This document shows, piece by piece, positions 1 to 9,922 of a stretch of 64,000 bases of DNA. A program made the position numbers and the translations under genes. Positions within the stretch are counted from its first letter, which is position 1; each line of letters starts with the position of its first letter. Under the pieces are notes generated by a model. It was not told where the DNA came from, searched no databases, and saw nothing but the letters and a program-made list of their open reading frames with translations. The DNA is from Coleofasciculus chthonoplastes F2-STO-03. Lineage in GTDB: Bacteria; Cyanobacteriota; Cyanobacteriia; Cyanobacteriales; Coleofasciculaceae. The stretch is from contig JAVJWO010000047.1 in the NCBI GenBank assembly GCA_040222015.1, positions 130,603-194,602 on the forward strand. Direction: 5' to 3'.

Positions 1-1816
1 CCTGATCATCCCGTCGGTAAACGGTATTCCCTCTCTTATCATGCCCTATTGCCTTTACCTGCGCCATAAAAATTTCATAATCTGACAGAATTCCCTGGTT
101 AATTTCTGCTTCTGTCTTCTTCTGGAGAATTAGCACCGAAGTTTGAGTACCATTGTGAGGCTGGAATGTGTCAGGATGAAGATCAATTGATGCCACAATG
201 CGACAGTTTTTAATCATCCAATATCGCACATAGAGTAATCCGGGCGCTCCCAAAATTGCATCGGGTAACACAATCCCCATCCTGCCTCCAGGTTTTAAGA
301 ATTGCCAGCAGCGCTCAATAAATAGTATTTCTGGCGGCGCAGACGTTTGAGGCTGATCCGTAGGTTCCCAACCGGTTGACGTTTCTTGCCAAATATGTCC
401 AAGTTGATACTGACTGAGTGTTTCCCTGTCTTTGATGGGTAACTTTGAACCAAAAGGAGGATTTGTCGCGATAATATCAAAATGTGCCAAATCCTTATAA
501 CTTCTTAAACTCTTAAAGTCAATCTTTAAGGCGGCTGCAAGTTCTTGCTTAAATCTACTTTCCCATTGATGAGGATGCAGCAAAGCATCTTGTCTTAAAA
601 TATTTCCAGAGCCATCATTGTTCATTACCATATTCATTTTAGTAGCTTTCACCAGGTCTGGATTAATATCAATTCCAAAGAAACACTGTTTAGCTTTTTC
701 TTGAATTTTAGAATTTAGAGCATCGCGCATCCACGAACTAGATTGTTCCGTAATTCCTGCGTCTTGTTTCAGCTTTTCAATGACCTCGTTCATCGCAATC
801 ACCAGAAAACCCCCTGTCCCACAAGCCGGATCTAGAATCATTTCATCAACTTTGGGATTAATAAGCATCCGTACCGTCATGCGCTGTATGTTTCGCGGGG
901 TAAAAAATTCTCCCCGATCCCCTCGCAAGTTTGCTCCGACTAGCTCCTCATAAGCTTTTCCCTTCACATCAATATGCGTATCGAGGAAGCTGTATCGTTG
1001 AAGTTCTCCCACGATATAGGCTAATGAACGAGGCTGAAGTTTGATTTGTTCGTTAGCCGCAAAAATTGTCGGGTATTGTGCTTTAACAGCATCAAAAATT
1101 TTGCTAATTCTGTTAAAAACAGTCAAGCGACCATCATTAGTAGATTTTTCACGCGCCGTTGCATAAAACTCTAGCGGATTGGGAAAATTACGTTCATCAT
1201 AAATTTTACAAAAGATGACTTTTAACAGCTCAAAAAAAGCTGGTTGTTTCTGTAATCCATCTGTTACATAAATATGGTCATGGCAAATTTTGAAAGAAAA
1301 TAGGAGATTATCACCAACGGCATTCTTTAAAGATTCTCGTGTCGGTCGGTCTACCTCTTCAAGACTACCATCCTTGGATGGAATATCATTCGGTTCAATC
1401 GTTTCAATAACCTTACCATCCTGGTCACGAATAAATTGATAAACAGCTTTGAATTTGCCATTTGTCCACATTCCCCACTCAGCGCCACAAGCTAAAACAT
1501 AAGACTTTAGTTGCTCAACACCATCCTTACTAGCTGTAGGCTGTACAGAGTCTTTCTTGCATTCAATGATGATCCAAGCATTTTCCTGCTGATGCGGAAT
1601 TCCCTCGCGAAAAATTACCAGGTCAGCACGAACCCGCCTGCTACCAACCTTTATGGGAAACTCAACCTCAATCTGCTCTGAAAAAAAATTTAACTCCAGT
1701 ATTAAACGACGCTCAATATTTTGACGAACGTACTCTTCAGGTGTATCGTTCCGAATTTTTTGATCGATGAAGTCACAGATCTTCCCGTCCGGAAGTGTTG
1801 CCAGTAGCTTAGCCAT
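1..1816 (-). CDS. Fused restriction endonuclease (HsdR_N-like PD-(D/E)xK domain) / N6-adenine DNA methyltransferase, type IIG/type I-like; 3' end beyond left edge
   Basis: Absent from ORF track (no stop in window). Manual translation from ATG 1816 (MAKLLATLPDGKICDFIDQKIRNDTPEEYVRQ...) is open to position 2; has PEEYVRQ, RADLVIF/IIIECK nuclease motifs, GEFFTPR, LDPACGTGGFL (motif I), NPPF (motif IV), LFIERCWQFLKPGGRMGIVLP. Confidence 0.9.
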   Translation of the reverse strand, partial: MAKLLATLPDGKICDFIDQKIRNDTPEEYVRQNIERRLILELNFFSEQIEVEFPIKVGSRRVRADLVIFREGIPHQQENAWIIIECKKDSVQPTASKDGVEQLKSYVLACGAEWGMWTNGKFKAVYQFIRDQDGKVIETIEPNDIPSKDGSLEEVDRPTRESLKNAVGDNLLFSFKICHDHIYVTDGLQKQPAFFELLKVIFCKIYDERNFPNPLEFYATAREKSTNDGRLTVFNRISKIFDAVKAQYPTIFAANEQIKLQPRSLAYIVGELQRYSFLDTHIDVKGKAYEELVGANLRGDRGEFFTPRNIQRMTVRMLINPKVDEMILDPACGTGGFLVIAMNEVIEKLKQDAGITEQSSSWMRDALNSKIQEKAKQCFFGIDINPDLVKATKMNMVMNNDGSGNILRQDALLHPHQWESRFKQELAAALKIDFKSLRSYKDLAHFDIIATNPPFGSKLPIKDRETLSQYQLGHIWQETSTGWEPTDQPQTSAPPEILFIERCWQFLKPGGRMGIVLPDAILGAPGLLYVRYWMIKNCRIVASIDLHPDTFQPHNGTQTSVLILQKKTEAEINQGILSDYEIFMAQVKAIGHDKRGNTVYRRDDQ

Positions 1817-2063
1817 TGCCCTTATACCCAAAAGTGCAGCAATTTATCCTGCTTAATGTTTTACTATAAATTGATGAATTAAAATCAACACATTTATTTT
1901 GCTGTACAGGTTCCCTATTCTTATTATAATATTTAATCTTGTTTTTGAGTCGTTAAGCCAATGCACTTATGTTCGCTTTTGCTTCAAACAGACAAAGCGA
2001 TCGCGTATTTGGATAAACTAGATCTAGTTGTATATAGACACCGGCATGGGTCGGAGTATCTCC

Positions 2064-2447
2064 ATGTCTCTGCAAGAGATAAAAGAACAGGTTAACCAAT
2101 TATCGGTAAGCGATCGCCTCGCCCTGATCAGTGCGATCATTCAATCCCTGGAAGATAGCAACCTACAGGAAAACTGGTACTATCTGGTAGCACGTCCCCA
2201 TCCGTGGCGACGCCAACTTTACATAAAAGGACGCAAACTCCTGGCTTCAACAGTTTGGCAAGATAAGATTGTCAATAAAATGACGCTAGAACAAGCCGCA
2301 GAAAATTGGGATTTGCCTCTAGCTGCAATCTATGAAGTGATCCATTACTGCGAAAGTAATCGGGATCTGATCAAGCTAGAAGCAGATGAGGAACGGTATC
2401 GTTTAGAAGAAAAAGGAGTTTCACTTGAGCCTACAACTACTCCTTGA
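2064..2447 (+). CDS. Putative antitoxin with DUF433-like HTH C-terminal part
   Basis: RQLYIKGRKLLASTVW...AAENWDLPLAAIYEVIHY resembles DUF433; overlaps downstream PIN gene; start taken at ATG 2064. Confidence 0.65.
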   Translation: MSLQEIKEQVNQLSVSDRLALISAIIQSLEDSNLQENWYYLVARPHPWRRQLYIKGRKLLASTVWQDKIVNKMTLEQAAENWDLPLAAIYEVIHYCESNRDLIKLEADEERYRLEEKGVSLEPTTTP

Positions 2448-2784
2448 TGAAGATTCTCAAGCAAAATACTTGGTCAATTTACTTCAAAAAGTCGGTCATA
2501 ATGTGCTGAGTGTGAATGAAGCAGATTTGATGGGTCAAGCGGATCTAAGGGTACTCAACTATGCTAGACAACAAAGGCGAGTGTTACTAACCCGTAACTG
2601 CGATGACTTTCAGGAACTTCATCAAGCTAATCCCGTGCATCCCGGTATCTTGGCAGTGTTCCAAAATCCTGATATTGCCAAAAATATGAGTTATCAAGCC
2701 ATTGTTCAGGCGATCGCGAACCTTGAACAAGCCGACTATACTTTGGAAAATCAATTAATTGTTCTCAATCAATGGAACTACTGA
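2425..2784 (+). CDS. DUF5615 family PIN-like toxin (VapC45-like)
   Basis: LLLDE, D-x2-VLNYA, RVLLTRNCDDF, HPGIL motifs; 23-nt overlap with upstream gene. Confidence 0.8.
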   Translation: MSLQLLLDEDSQAKYLVNLLQKVGHNVLSVNEADLMGQADLRVLNYARQQRRVLLTRNCDDFQELHQANPVHPGILAVFQNPDIAKNMSYQAIVQAIANLEQADYTLENQLIVLNQWNY

Positions 2785-3012
2785 ACAGGTAAACAAAAGA
2801 AAGTCTTGGCGATCGCAGATGAAAAAATTAACTCCAAGTTTAGAGTTTGTAGTCAGCGATGCCAGCGCTGATGGTACTAAAGTACCAACTACGAACCCAG
2901 TTTGATAACCTGCTTCTCACCTCGGACTTGGGTTCAGGGCATCAGTTCATGACGCAAACGAACATAATAGTATAGTTAGCTCTATCACTGTCGCTCATCC
3001 CCAGTCACCATC

Positions 3013-4311
3013 GTGTCCCAGGTTGTTCTCGAAAACGTCTACAAAAGCTTTCCTAGTCGCCAGGAGGGGTCAACTGTCGCGCCTGTGACGACAGAACCCT
3101 TGCTCACTCCTAGCGATGAAGCGCCACTGGTAGCCGTTGATTCCTCCTCTCCGTCATCGGGAAGCGTGAATGTTTTGCGGCGGATTAATCTGAGAGTCTA
3201 CGATGGCGAGTTTATGGTATTGGTGGGTCCTTCGGGTTGTGGCAAAAGTACCCTGCTGCGGGTGATTGCGGGATTAGAGGAATTAACAGGCGGGAAAATT
3301 TGGGTGGGCGATCGCATGGTGAATGATTTGCCCCCGAAAGCCCGCAATATTGCTATGGTGTTTCAAAATTATGCCCTCTATCCGCACCTGACGGTCTACG
3401 ATAATATTGCCTTTGGCTTGCGGCGAACAACGGTGGGATTAGCCTACGACAAGTCTACAACCGAGATGCCGCTTTGGGTCGAGAATGCTTTAATTAGGAT
3501 GACGCGATCGCTCCCTAAACGATGGCGTTATCGGTGCGATCGCGAACGGGCGATTGATGACCAAGTTCGCTACGTCGCCAAACTCCTACAAATTGAACCC
3601 CTGCTGCATCGACTTCCCAAACAGCTATCTGGGGGACAAAAGCAACGAGTCGCCCTGGGGCGTGCGATCGCCCGGAATCCCCAAGTCTTTCTCATGGATG
3701 AACCCCTCTCTAATCTCGATGCGAAACTCCGGGCCCAAACCCGTAGTCAAATTGTGCGCTTACAACGCCAGTTAGGAACCACCACCCTCTATGTCACCCA
3801 CGATCAAACCGAAGCCATGACGATGGGCGATCGCATTGCGGTGATGAATCAGGGAGAAATTCAGCAAATTGCCCCTCCCCTAGAACTCTATAACCACCCC
3901 GCTAATCGGTTTGTCGCCGAATTTATCGGTTCTCCGCCGATGAACTTTATTCCGGTTCAATTTAAAGCGCCCCTCCTGATTCAGCATCGCCAATTTCGGC
4001 TGACGCTTCCAGAAGTTTGGCAACCCTTTCTGCAAGAATATGATGGACGTTCTTTAATTCTAGGAATTCGTCCCGAACATTTGAGTGTCAGTGTTCCCGC
4101 CCCCAAAAACTTATCGGTCAATGTTGAACAAGTCGAAGCCTTGGGAAATGATACCTATTTATTAGTCAAACTGGATCGAAAAACCCGCTTACAAGCCAGA
4201 ATTCCCGCCGATAATCTCGTCAAAGTCGGCGATCAAATTTGGTTATCGATTAACGCGGATAAAGTTCATTTCTTTAACGATAGAACAGGTAAAGCCATTC
4301 GGTCTAATTAG
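3013..4311 (+). CDS. Sugar ABC transporter ATP-binding protein (MalK/MsmX family)
   Basis: GPSGCGKST Walker A, VFQNYALYPH, LSGGQKQR signature, MDEPLSNLD, C-terminal TOBE-like region. Confidence 0.95.
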   Translation: MSQVVLENVYKSFPSRQEGSTVAPVTTEPLLTPSDEAPLVAVDSSSPSSGSVNVLRRINLRVYDGEFMVLVGPSGCGKSTLLRVIAGLEELTGGKIWVGDRMVNDLPPKARNIAMVFQNYALYPHLTVYDNIAFGLRRTTVGLAYDKSTTEMPLWVENALIRMTRSLPKRWRYRCDRERAIDDQVRYVAKLLQIEPLLHRLPKQLSGGQKQRVALGRAIARNPQVFLMDEPLSNLDAKLRAQTRSQIVRLQRQLGTTTLYVTHDQTEAMTMGDRIAVMNQGEIQQIAPPLELYNHPANRFVAEFIGSPPMNFIPVQFKAPLLIQHRQFRLTLPEVWQPFLQEYDGRSLILGIRPEHLSVSVPAPKNLSVNVEQVEALGNDTYLLVKLDRKTRLQARIPADNLVKVGDQIWLSINADKVHFFNDRTGKAIRSN

Positions 4312-4331
4312 GGGAAAGCTGAATAAGGGTT

Positions 4332-4359
4332 GTAGAGACGTAGCATGCTACGTCTCTAC
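4332..4359. repeat. GTAG-footed REP-like perfect palindrome GTAGAGACGTAGCATGCTACGTCTCTAC
   Basis: Identical copy at 61306-61333; variants at 10816-10839, 22948-22975, 31915-31942, ~38260-38286, 43633-43659. Confidence 0.85.
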
Positions 4360-4426
4360 CTAGTGAGGGGTGGAATAGATGTATATAATAGTAGCGAAGA
4401 CAGCGCAACTACGAACCGCGTTTTAA

Positions 4427-5188
4427 TTACGTCATAATTTGCTGTGCCACTTTTTTAATTTCTAGACTTAAAGGATGACTCGGAAAGCGGACGCAAAATA
4501 CATCACCGCTAGCGAGTTGAATCATCTCTTCTGACAAGGGTAAAATACCTGCAACTGTAGCCTGATAGGTTTGTGCTATATCTTGCTCTAATGCCTTAAA
4601 GTCAAGGGCTTCATGGGCTTTATTCACCATCAACAGTAACTTAGGCACTTGCAACTTACGTGCCACATCAACGGTAACAGCCGTTCCTTGAAAGTCTTGG
4701 CGGTCTGGACGTAGAATAATGAGTAATACGTCAGAGATGGTGATAGATAGTAGGGTTTCTTCATTCAGACCCGGATGAGTATCAATGAAGAGATAGTCTA
4801 GCTTTAAGGCTTGAATTAAATCCTCAAACCCGTCAATTAGCATATTCACATCGTATCCTTCTCGCAAAATCCGGGTAATCTCTCCCATGCGAATACTGGA
4901 CGGAATCAGATAGATTTTGCTATTGATTTTGCGGTTTTCTCCGAGAATAGAACTGACATCATACGCCGCATCTTGAATTTGACAACGCCCCCATAAATAA
5001 TCATTTAGGGCGTTTTTCATTTTGTTCTCATCGAAGCCGAAAAGAACGTGAATGCCAGGAGACTGGATATCAGTATCAACAATACCGACTCGATATCCAG
5101 CTTTAGCAACAGTCGCGGCTAGATTCGCTGTAGCATTTGATTTGCCCGTACCACCACGGAATGAGTGAATCGACACAATTTCCGACAT
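4427..5188 (-). CDS. MinD/ParA family ATPase
   Basis: SFRGGTGKS deviant Walker A, VDTDIQSPG, IDTHPG. Confidence 0.85.
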   Translation of the reverse strand: MSEIVSIHSFRGGTGKSNATANLAATVAKAGYRVGIVDTDIQSPGIHVLFGFDENKMKNALNDYLWGRCQIQDAAYDVSSILGENRKINSKIYLIPSSIRMGEITRILREGYDVNMLIDGFEDLIQALKLDYLFIDTHPGLNEETLLSITISDVLLIILRPDRQDFQGTAVTVDVARKLQVPKLLLMVNKAHEALDFKALEQDIAQTYQATVAGILPLSEEMIQLASGDVFCVRFPSHPLSLEIKKVAQQIMT

Positions 5189-5252
5189 TTTATACCTCTA
5201 GGATGTCGATTAGTTTTGACCCAACGCTAGGCTCAGGGAACCTGGTGTTTGT

Positions 5253-5315
5253 GTAGGGACGGGTTTCATTATTATCTATCATTTCTGATTAACCCAGATG
5301 TGACTAAACCCGCCC
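5253..5315. repeat. ~60-65 bp GTAGGGGCGGGTTT...CCCAGAT...CTAAACCCGCCC hairpin element (REP/MITE-like family)
   Basis: Related copies at ~7290-7349, 16172-16231, 56130-56189, 57872-57934, 61243-61305, 62362-62421; sister subfamily at ~23061-23124, 33733-33880, 63762-63825, 63909-63972. Confidence 0.85.
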
Positions 5316-5354
5316 TGGCTAAGTTTTGAGTTGATCTATCTTAACTCGACTGAT

Positions 5355-6182
5355 TCACACTTTGCTGCGGTCAGTTAAAATTTCGTATCCATCTGCTGTC
5401 ACCAATACGGTATGCTCAAACTGAGCGGATAGAGCATTATCGACGGTTACGGCAGTCCAACGATCGGATAAGATACGGGTAAACTTGGAACCTGCATTAA
5501 TAATCGGTTCAATTGCCAGAGTCATCCCTTCCCGTAACTTCACATTGGGCATTTGCCGAGTGCGGAAGTGAAACACAGAGGGTTCTTCGTGCAGGTTGCG
5601 TCCCACGCCATGACCGGTGAAATCTTCCACCACAAAAAAACTATTGGCGTTAACATGATCTTCGATCGCGCCCGCAATGTCAAGCAAGTAGTTCCCCGCT
5701 TTCACCTGTTCGATTCCTTTATACAGTGCGGTTTCTGCGACTTCTATTAACTTGGCAGCGTTGGGTTTAACATTACCCACGGCAATGGTAATACAGGAGT
5801 CGCCATGGAAGCCTTCATAGTAAGCCCCGGTGTCAACTTTCAGCACATCCCCCGCCCGAATCACCTTTTTCCGACTGGGTATTCCATGCACCACTTCGTT
5901 GTTGAGACAGGAACAGATTGAAGCCGGGAAGCCGTGGTATCCTTTAAAACTAGGTGTTGCTCCCATTTCGCGGATGCGCTTTTCGGCATGAGCATCCAAA
6001 TCCGCCGTCGTCATCCCCGGTTTAACCTGTTCGGAAATTTCTTTGAGAACGGTGGCGACTATTTTAGATGCCTGCCGCATAATGGTAAGTTCAGACTCGG
6101 ATTTAATTTCTATGCCCCGACGTTGTTTTTTCGGACGAGACGGCTGGGCGGGTTTGGAAAGCAGGTTACTAAGAATATTCAT
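5355..6182 (-). CDS. map: Type I methionine aminopeptidase
   Basis: [47 protein letters not shown] metal-binding motifs. Confidence 0.97.
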   Translation of the reverse strand: MNILSNLLSKPAQPSRPKKQRRGIEIKSESELTIMRQASKIVATVLKEISEQVKPGMTTADLDAHAEKRIREMGATPSFKGYHGFPASICSCLNNEVVHGIPSRKKVIRAGDVLKVDTGAYYEGFHGDSCITIAVGNVKPNAAKLIEVAETALYKGIEQVKAGNYLLDIAGAIEDHVNANSFFVVEDFTGHGVGRNLHEEPSVFHFRTRQMPNVKLREGMTLAIEPIINAGSKFTRILSDRWTAVTVDNALSAQFEHTVLVTADGYEILTDRSKV

Positions 6183-6517
6183 GTAAACGATGAAACCGAG
6201 AATGGGTGAGCGTTATGGGGATATCTCCTTGCCTCTTCCTACCTTGGCAGAAAGCCTGCTGACAAAAAAGGTACGTTCAGGTTTCAATTCCCCGATGTTG
6301 CCGATTCAATCAGTTTCTGTCGGCTGGGCAAGGGTGATCCGGCGACAAAGTTTTATCTTATCATTAGATTAGGCTAACTCCGGCTTATTTGCTAGATATC
6401 GTGTTAATCAACCCTTCTTTGAATCTGATAAACAGGCACGGCATTGCCGTGCCCCTACGGGTTCGATTCCTTGGGTTATTGAAGTTGATGTCCCCGTTCC
6501 CAATTGTGGTGATAATC

Positions 6518-7132
6518 ATGGTTCAATTCTTACAAAAATCAATAAGTTTCGCTGAATTTATCCAATGGAAGCCAGCCAATAAACGCTATGAACTGCATGA
6601 TGGAGTCATTATTGAAATGCCACAGCCTACAGGTGAACATGAAGACGTTGTAGGATTTTTAGCTGAAAAGCTGACATTAGAATATGTCCGCCTCCAGCTT
6701 CCCTATTCTATTCCCAAAACGGCGCTGGTTAAATCAGCCTCAAGTGAATCGGCTTATTCGCCAGATATCTTGTTGATCAATCGTTTGAATTTGAGCAACG
6801 AACCCTTGTGGAAAAAAGAGTCTACTTTAATTCTGGCAGCTTCGATTCCTTTGGTGATTGAAGTGGTTAGCAGTAATTGGCGGGATGATTACTACAAAAA
6901 ATATGGGGAGTACGAAGGAATAGGAATTCCTGAATACTGGATCGTTGATTATTTGGCTCTGGGCGGTCGTAAATTTATTGGTAATCCGAAACAACCAACG
7001 GTTTCTATTTATGTTTTAGTGGAGGGAGAATACCAAGTTAGTCAATTTCGAGGGAATGACTGCATCCAGTCAGTTGCTTTCCCTAACTTACAGTTAACCG
7101 CTGAACAAATATTTCAATCGGTTAGTTGTTAG
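6518..7132 (+). CDS. Uma2 family PD-(D/E)xK endonuclease
   Basis: RYELHDG, PDIL, LVIEVVS, DDYYKKYGEY, GIPEYWIVD; start at ATG 6518 because the upstream extension runs through a repeat. Confidence 0.9.
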   Translation: MVQFLQKSISFAEFIQWKPANKRYELHDGVIIEMPQPTGEHEDVVGFLAEKLTLEYVRLQLPYSIPKTALVKSASSESAYSPDILLINRLNLSNEPLWKKESTLILAASIPLVIEVVSSNWRDDYYKKYGEYEGIGIPEYWIVDYLALGGRKFIGNPKQPTVSIYVLVEGEYQVSQFRGNDCIQSVAFPNLQLTAEQIFQSVSC

Positions 7133-7486
7133 TTCAAGTCAGATATTTTTTCAATCAACCCTTTGAATTTGATAAACAGCTTACAACCCCACCTGTAGGG
7201 GCACGGCAATGCCGTGCCCTTACTCACCCTATAGATGCTGCATCAGTCAAGAAACCTAACGTTTCACCGGAAGTCTAGAAACCTGTATCGGGGCGGGTTT
7301 AGTTATATCTGGGTGCAACCCAAAAGATAGTAGTCAAACCCGCCCCTACACACAGACGCGCCAGTGCCATTCTCTCTAATATGCCATTCAGGGAAAATCA
7401 GGTTACTATAACTCTATTACAACCCAGCTAAGTTTAACTACATTCCTTTCAATCAAAAAACTTCGATAAAAAAGGACAGATAGCAC

Positions 7487-9841
7487 ATGGCACCCGTTCA
7501 ATCTCCCACGCCGAAATACAACGGCTTATATTGTCAATCTCCAGAGGGAAACTCCCTGGTTTTTCCCCTCAAGCATACCGAGGTTGAGGCGAAAATTGCC
7601 GGAAACCTATCACGAGTCGAGGTAACGCAGCGATTTGAGAACCCCTTTACCCAACCCTTAGAAGCCGTCTATGTCTTCCCCTTACCCGATGAAGCCGCCG
7701 TGGATGACATGGAGATTAAAATCGGCGATCGCATAATTAAAGGAACCATTAAAAAACGTGAAGAAGCCCAGCAAATTTACGAACAAGCTAAACAAGAAGG
7801 GCGCACAGCCGGATTACTGGAACAAGAACGTGATAATATCTTTACCCAATCCCTCGCCAATATCAAACCCGGTGAACAAATTGATGTCACGATTCGCTAT
7901 ACCAATAGCTTAAACTTTGAACAAGGGGACTATGAATTCGTCTTTCCCATGGTAGTAGGACCCCGATATATCCCCGGTACAACTATTGATGAAAGTGGCG
8001 ATACCGATGAAGTCCCCGATGCTTCCAGAATTACACCGCCTATTGTACCCGAAGGAACGCGATCGGCACACGATATCGGTGTTACGGTGGAAATTAATGC
8101 AGGTGTACCGATTCAAAATGTTCATTCCCCCTCTCATCAGTTGCAGATAGAAACTGAAGGACAAATCGTGCGGGTGCAACTCAGCGGTAATGATACGATT
8201 CCGAATAAAGACTTAATCCTGAGATATCAAGTCGCGGGAGACAATACCCAAGCCACCGTCTTAACTCAATCTGATCAACGGGGCGGACATTTTGCCCTTT
8301 ATTTTATCCCCAGTTTAGATTATCGCCCTGATGAGATTTTTCCCAAGGATGTGGTGTTTCTCATGGACACCTCCGGTTCTCAACAAGGCGCACCCTTGCA
8401 CAAATGTCAAGAACTAATGCGACGCTTTATTAATGGGTTAAATCCTGACGATACATTCACAATTCTTGACTTTTCTAATACTGTCCGCCATCTCTCCCAA
8501 ACCCCCCTGGCTAATACATCCGAAAATCGGGAATTAGCCATCAATTATATTAATCAATTACACGCCAGTGGTGCCACCGAAATGCTCAGTGGAATTCGGG
8601 CTGCGATTAATGTTCCAGCACCAGAGGGGCGCTTGCGGAGTGTTGTGTTACTCAGTGATGGTTATATTGGCAATGAAAATCGCATTTTAGCCGAGGTTCA
8701 GCAGGAACTTCAACCCGGAAATCGGTTATATAGTTTCGGGGCGGGGAGTTCAGTTAACCGCTTTTTACTCAATCGTATCGCTGAAATTGGACGCGGGATT
8801 TGTCGGATTATTCGTCACGATGAACCGACAGAAAAAGTGGTAGAAAAGTTTTTCCAATCAATTAATAGTCCCGTGTTAACGACAATTGAACTTAACTGGA
8901 ATGGAACCGGAGAAGCGCCGGAAATTTATCCCGCCATCGCCCCCGATTTATTTGCCCAACAGCCTTTAGTGCTATTTGGACGAAAACGCGATCGCATGGC
9001 GGGTGATTTACAGATTAATGGTACTATCGCTGGGGGTGAACGCTATCAAAAGACATTTCACCTCAATTTTAGCGAAACTGGAAATCCAGCCCTTGCTCAA
9101 TTGTGGGGACGAGCGCGGATTAAAGACTTGATGAATCAAATGGTTACTTATGAAACTAAATCGGGAGTTGAGGCAGTAACCGATACGGCATTAACCTATC
9201 AGTTATTGTGTCAATATACGGCGTTTGTTGCCGTTAGTGATGATGTGCGGGTAGAACCGGGAAGCCAATCGATTTCCATGAATGTTCCCGTGGAAATGGC
9301 AGAAGATGTTAGTTATCGAGGCGTTTTCGGTAAAGCAGCACCTCGTCGTTCACTGTCAATTCAATCACAACGACGAGCCTATTCAGCCAGTGCGCCAGGT
9401 ATGTCCCTTGAACTCACCACGGAATTTGATGCCATGTATTCGATGAAACCAGATGAGGAGAAAAACCCGACATTTTCATCTAAGGAAATGGTCAGTAAAG
9501 GGATCGATGCAGTTCAACAAAAGTTAGGTCAAAAGCCTTCGTCTCCAGCCGCTAATAATACCCAGTTAGAAGTAGTTAGCGTCACTGGATTGGAGCAAGC
9601 TGACACCCTTTCATTGACCCAATATTTGCAACATAAGAATTTACCCGCTAATTTGAGTGGTGAAATCGTCTTCGAGTTTATTCTAACTAAAGGGCGCGTC
9701 GGGCGGATTATGTTAAATGAGGAAGCTTCAACCTTGAAAACGGCAAATGTGATTGAGTTAATTAAGCGAAGTTTGATCAAGTGGCGTCCTTCTCAATCCG
9801 TTAGTAGTACCGTGGTGTTAAGATTGCGAATTCAGTCGTAG
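7487..9841 (+). CDS. VIT domain + vWA domain protein with C-terminal after-VIT-like region
   Basis: N-terminal VIT (QRFENP, EAVYVFPLP, AGLLEQER), vWA MIDAS DTSGSQ, LLSDG, QYTAFVAV. Confidence 0.9.
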   Translation: MAPVQSPTPKYNGLYCQSPEGNSLVFPLKHTEVEAKIAGNLSRVEVTQRFENPFTQPLEAVYVFPLPDEAAVDDMEIKIGDRIIKGTIKKREEAQQIYEQAKQEGRTAGLLEQERDNIFTQSLANIKPGEQIDVTIRYTNSLNFEQGDYEFVFPMVVGPRYIPGTTIDESGDTDEVPDASRITPPIVPEGTRSAHDIGVTVEINAGVPIQNVHSPSHQLQIETEGQIVRVQLSGNDTIPNKDLILRYQVAGDNTQATVLTQSDQRGGHFALYFIPSLDYRPDEIFPKDVVFLMDTSGSQQGAPLHKCQELMRRFINGLNPDDTFTILDFSNTVRHLSQTPLANTSENRELAINYINQLHASGATEMLSGIRAAINVPAPEGRLRSVVLLSDGYIGNENRILAEVQQELQPGNRLYSFGAGSSVNRFLLNRIAEIGRGICRIIRHDEPTEKVVEKFFQSINSPVLTTIELNWNGTGEAPEIYPAIAPDLFAQQPLVLFGRKRDRMAGDLQINGTIAGGERYQKTFHLNFSETGNPALAQLWGRARIKDLMNQMVTYETKSGVEAVTDTALTYQLLCQYTAFVAVSDDVRVEPGSQSISMNVPVEMAEDVSYRGVFGKAAPRRSLSIQSQRRAYSASAPGMSLELTTEFDAMYSMKPDEEKNPTFSSKEMVSKGIDAVQQKLGQKPSSPAANNTQLEVVSVTGLEQADTLSLTQYLQHKNLPANLSGEIVFEFILTKGRVGRIMLNEEASTLKTANVIELIKRSLIKWRPSQSVSSTVVLRLRIQS

Positions 9842-9922
9842 GATTTAGCTGAATCAAACAGCAAACTGTAGGGGCGCATGGCGTGCGCCCATAAAATTGA
9901 CAAATCTAATCCACAATTGTAG

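Noticed and set aside
295..480. 61-aa minus-strand ORF
   Set aside because: Out-of-frame overlap within the long R-M gene.
6459..6475. GGGTTCGATTCC resembling a tRNA T-arm
   Set aside because: Upstream sequence is a REP hairpin; no acceptor, D or anticodon arms can be built.
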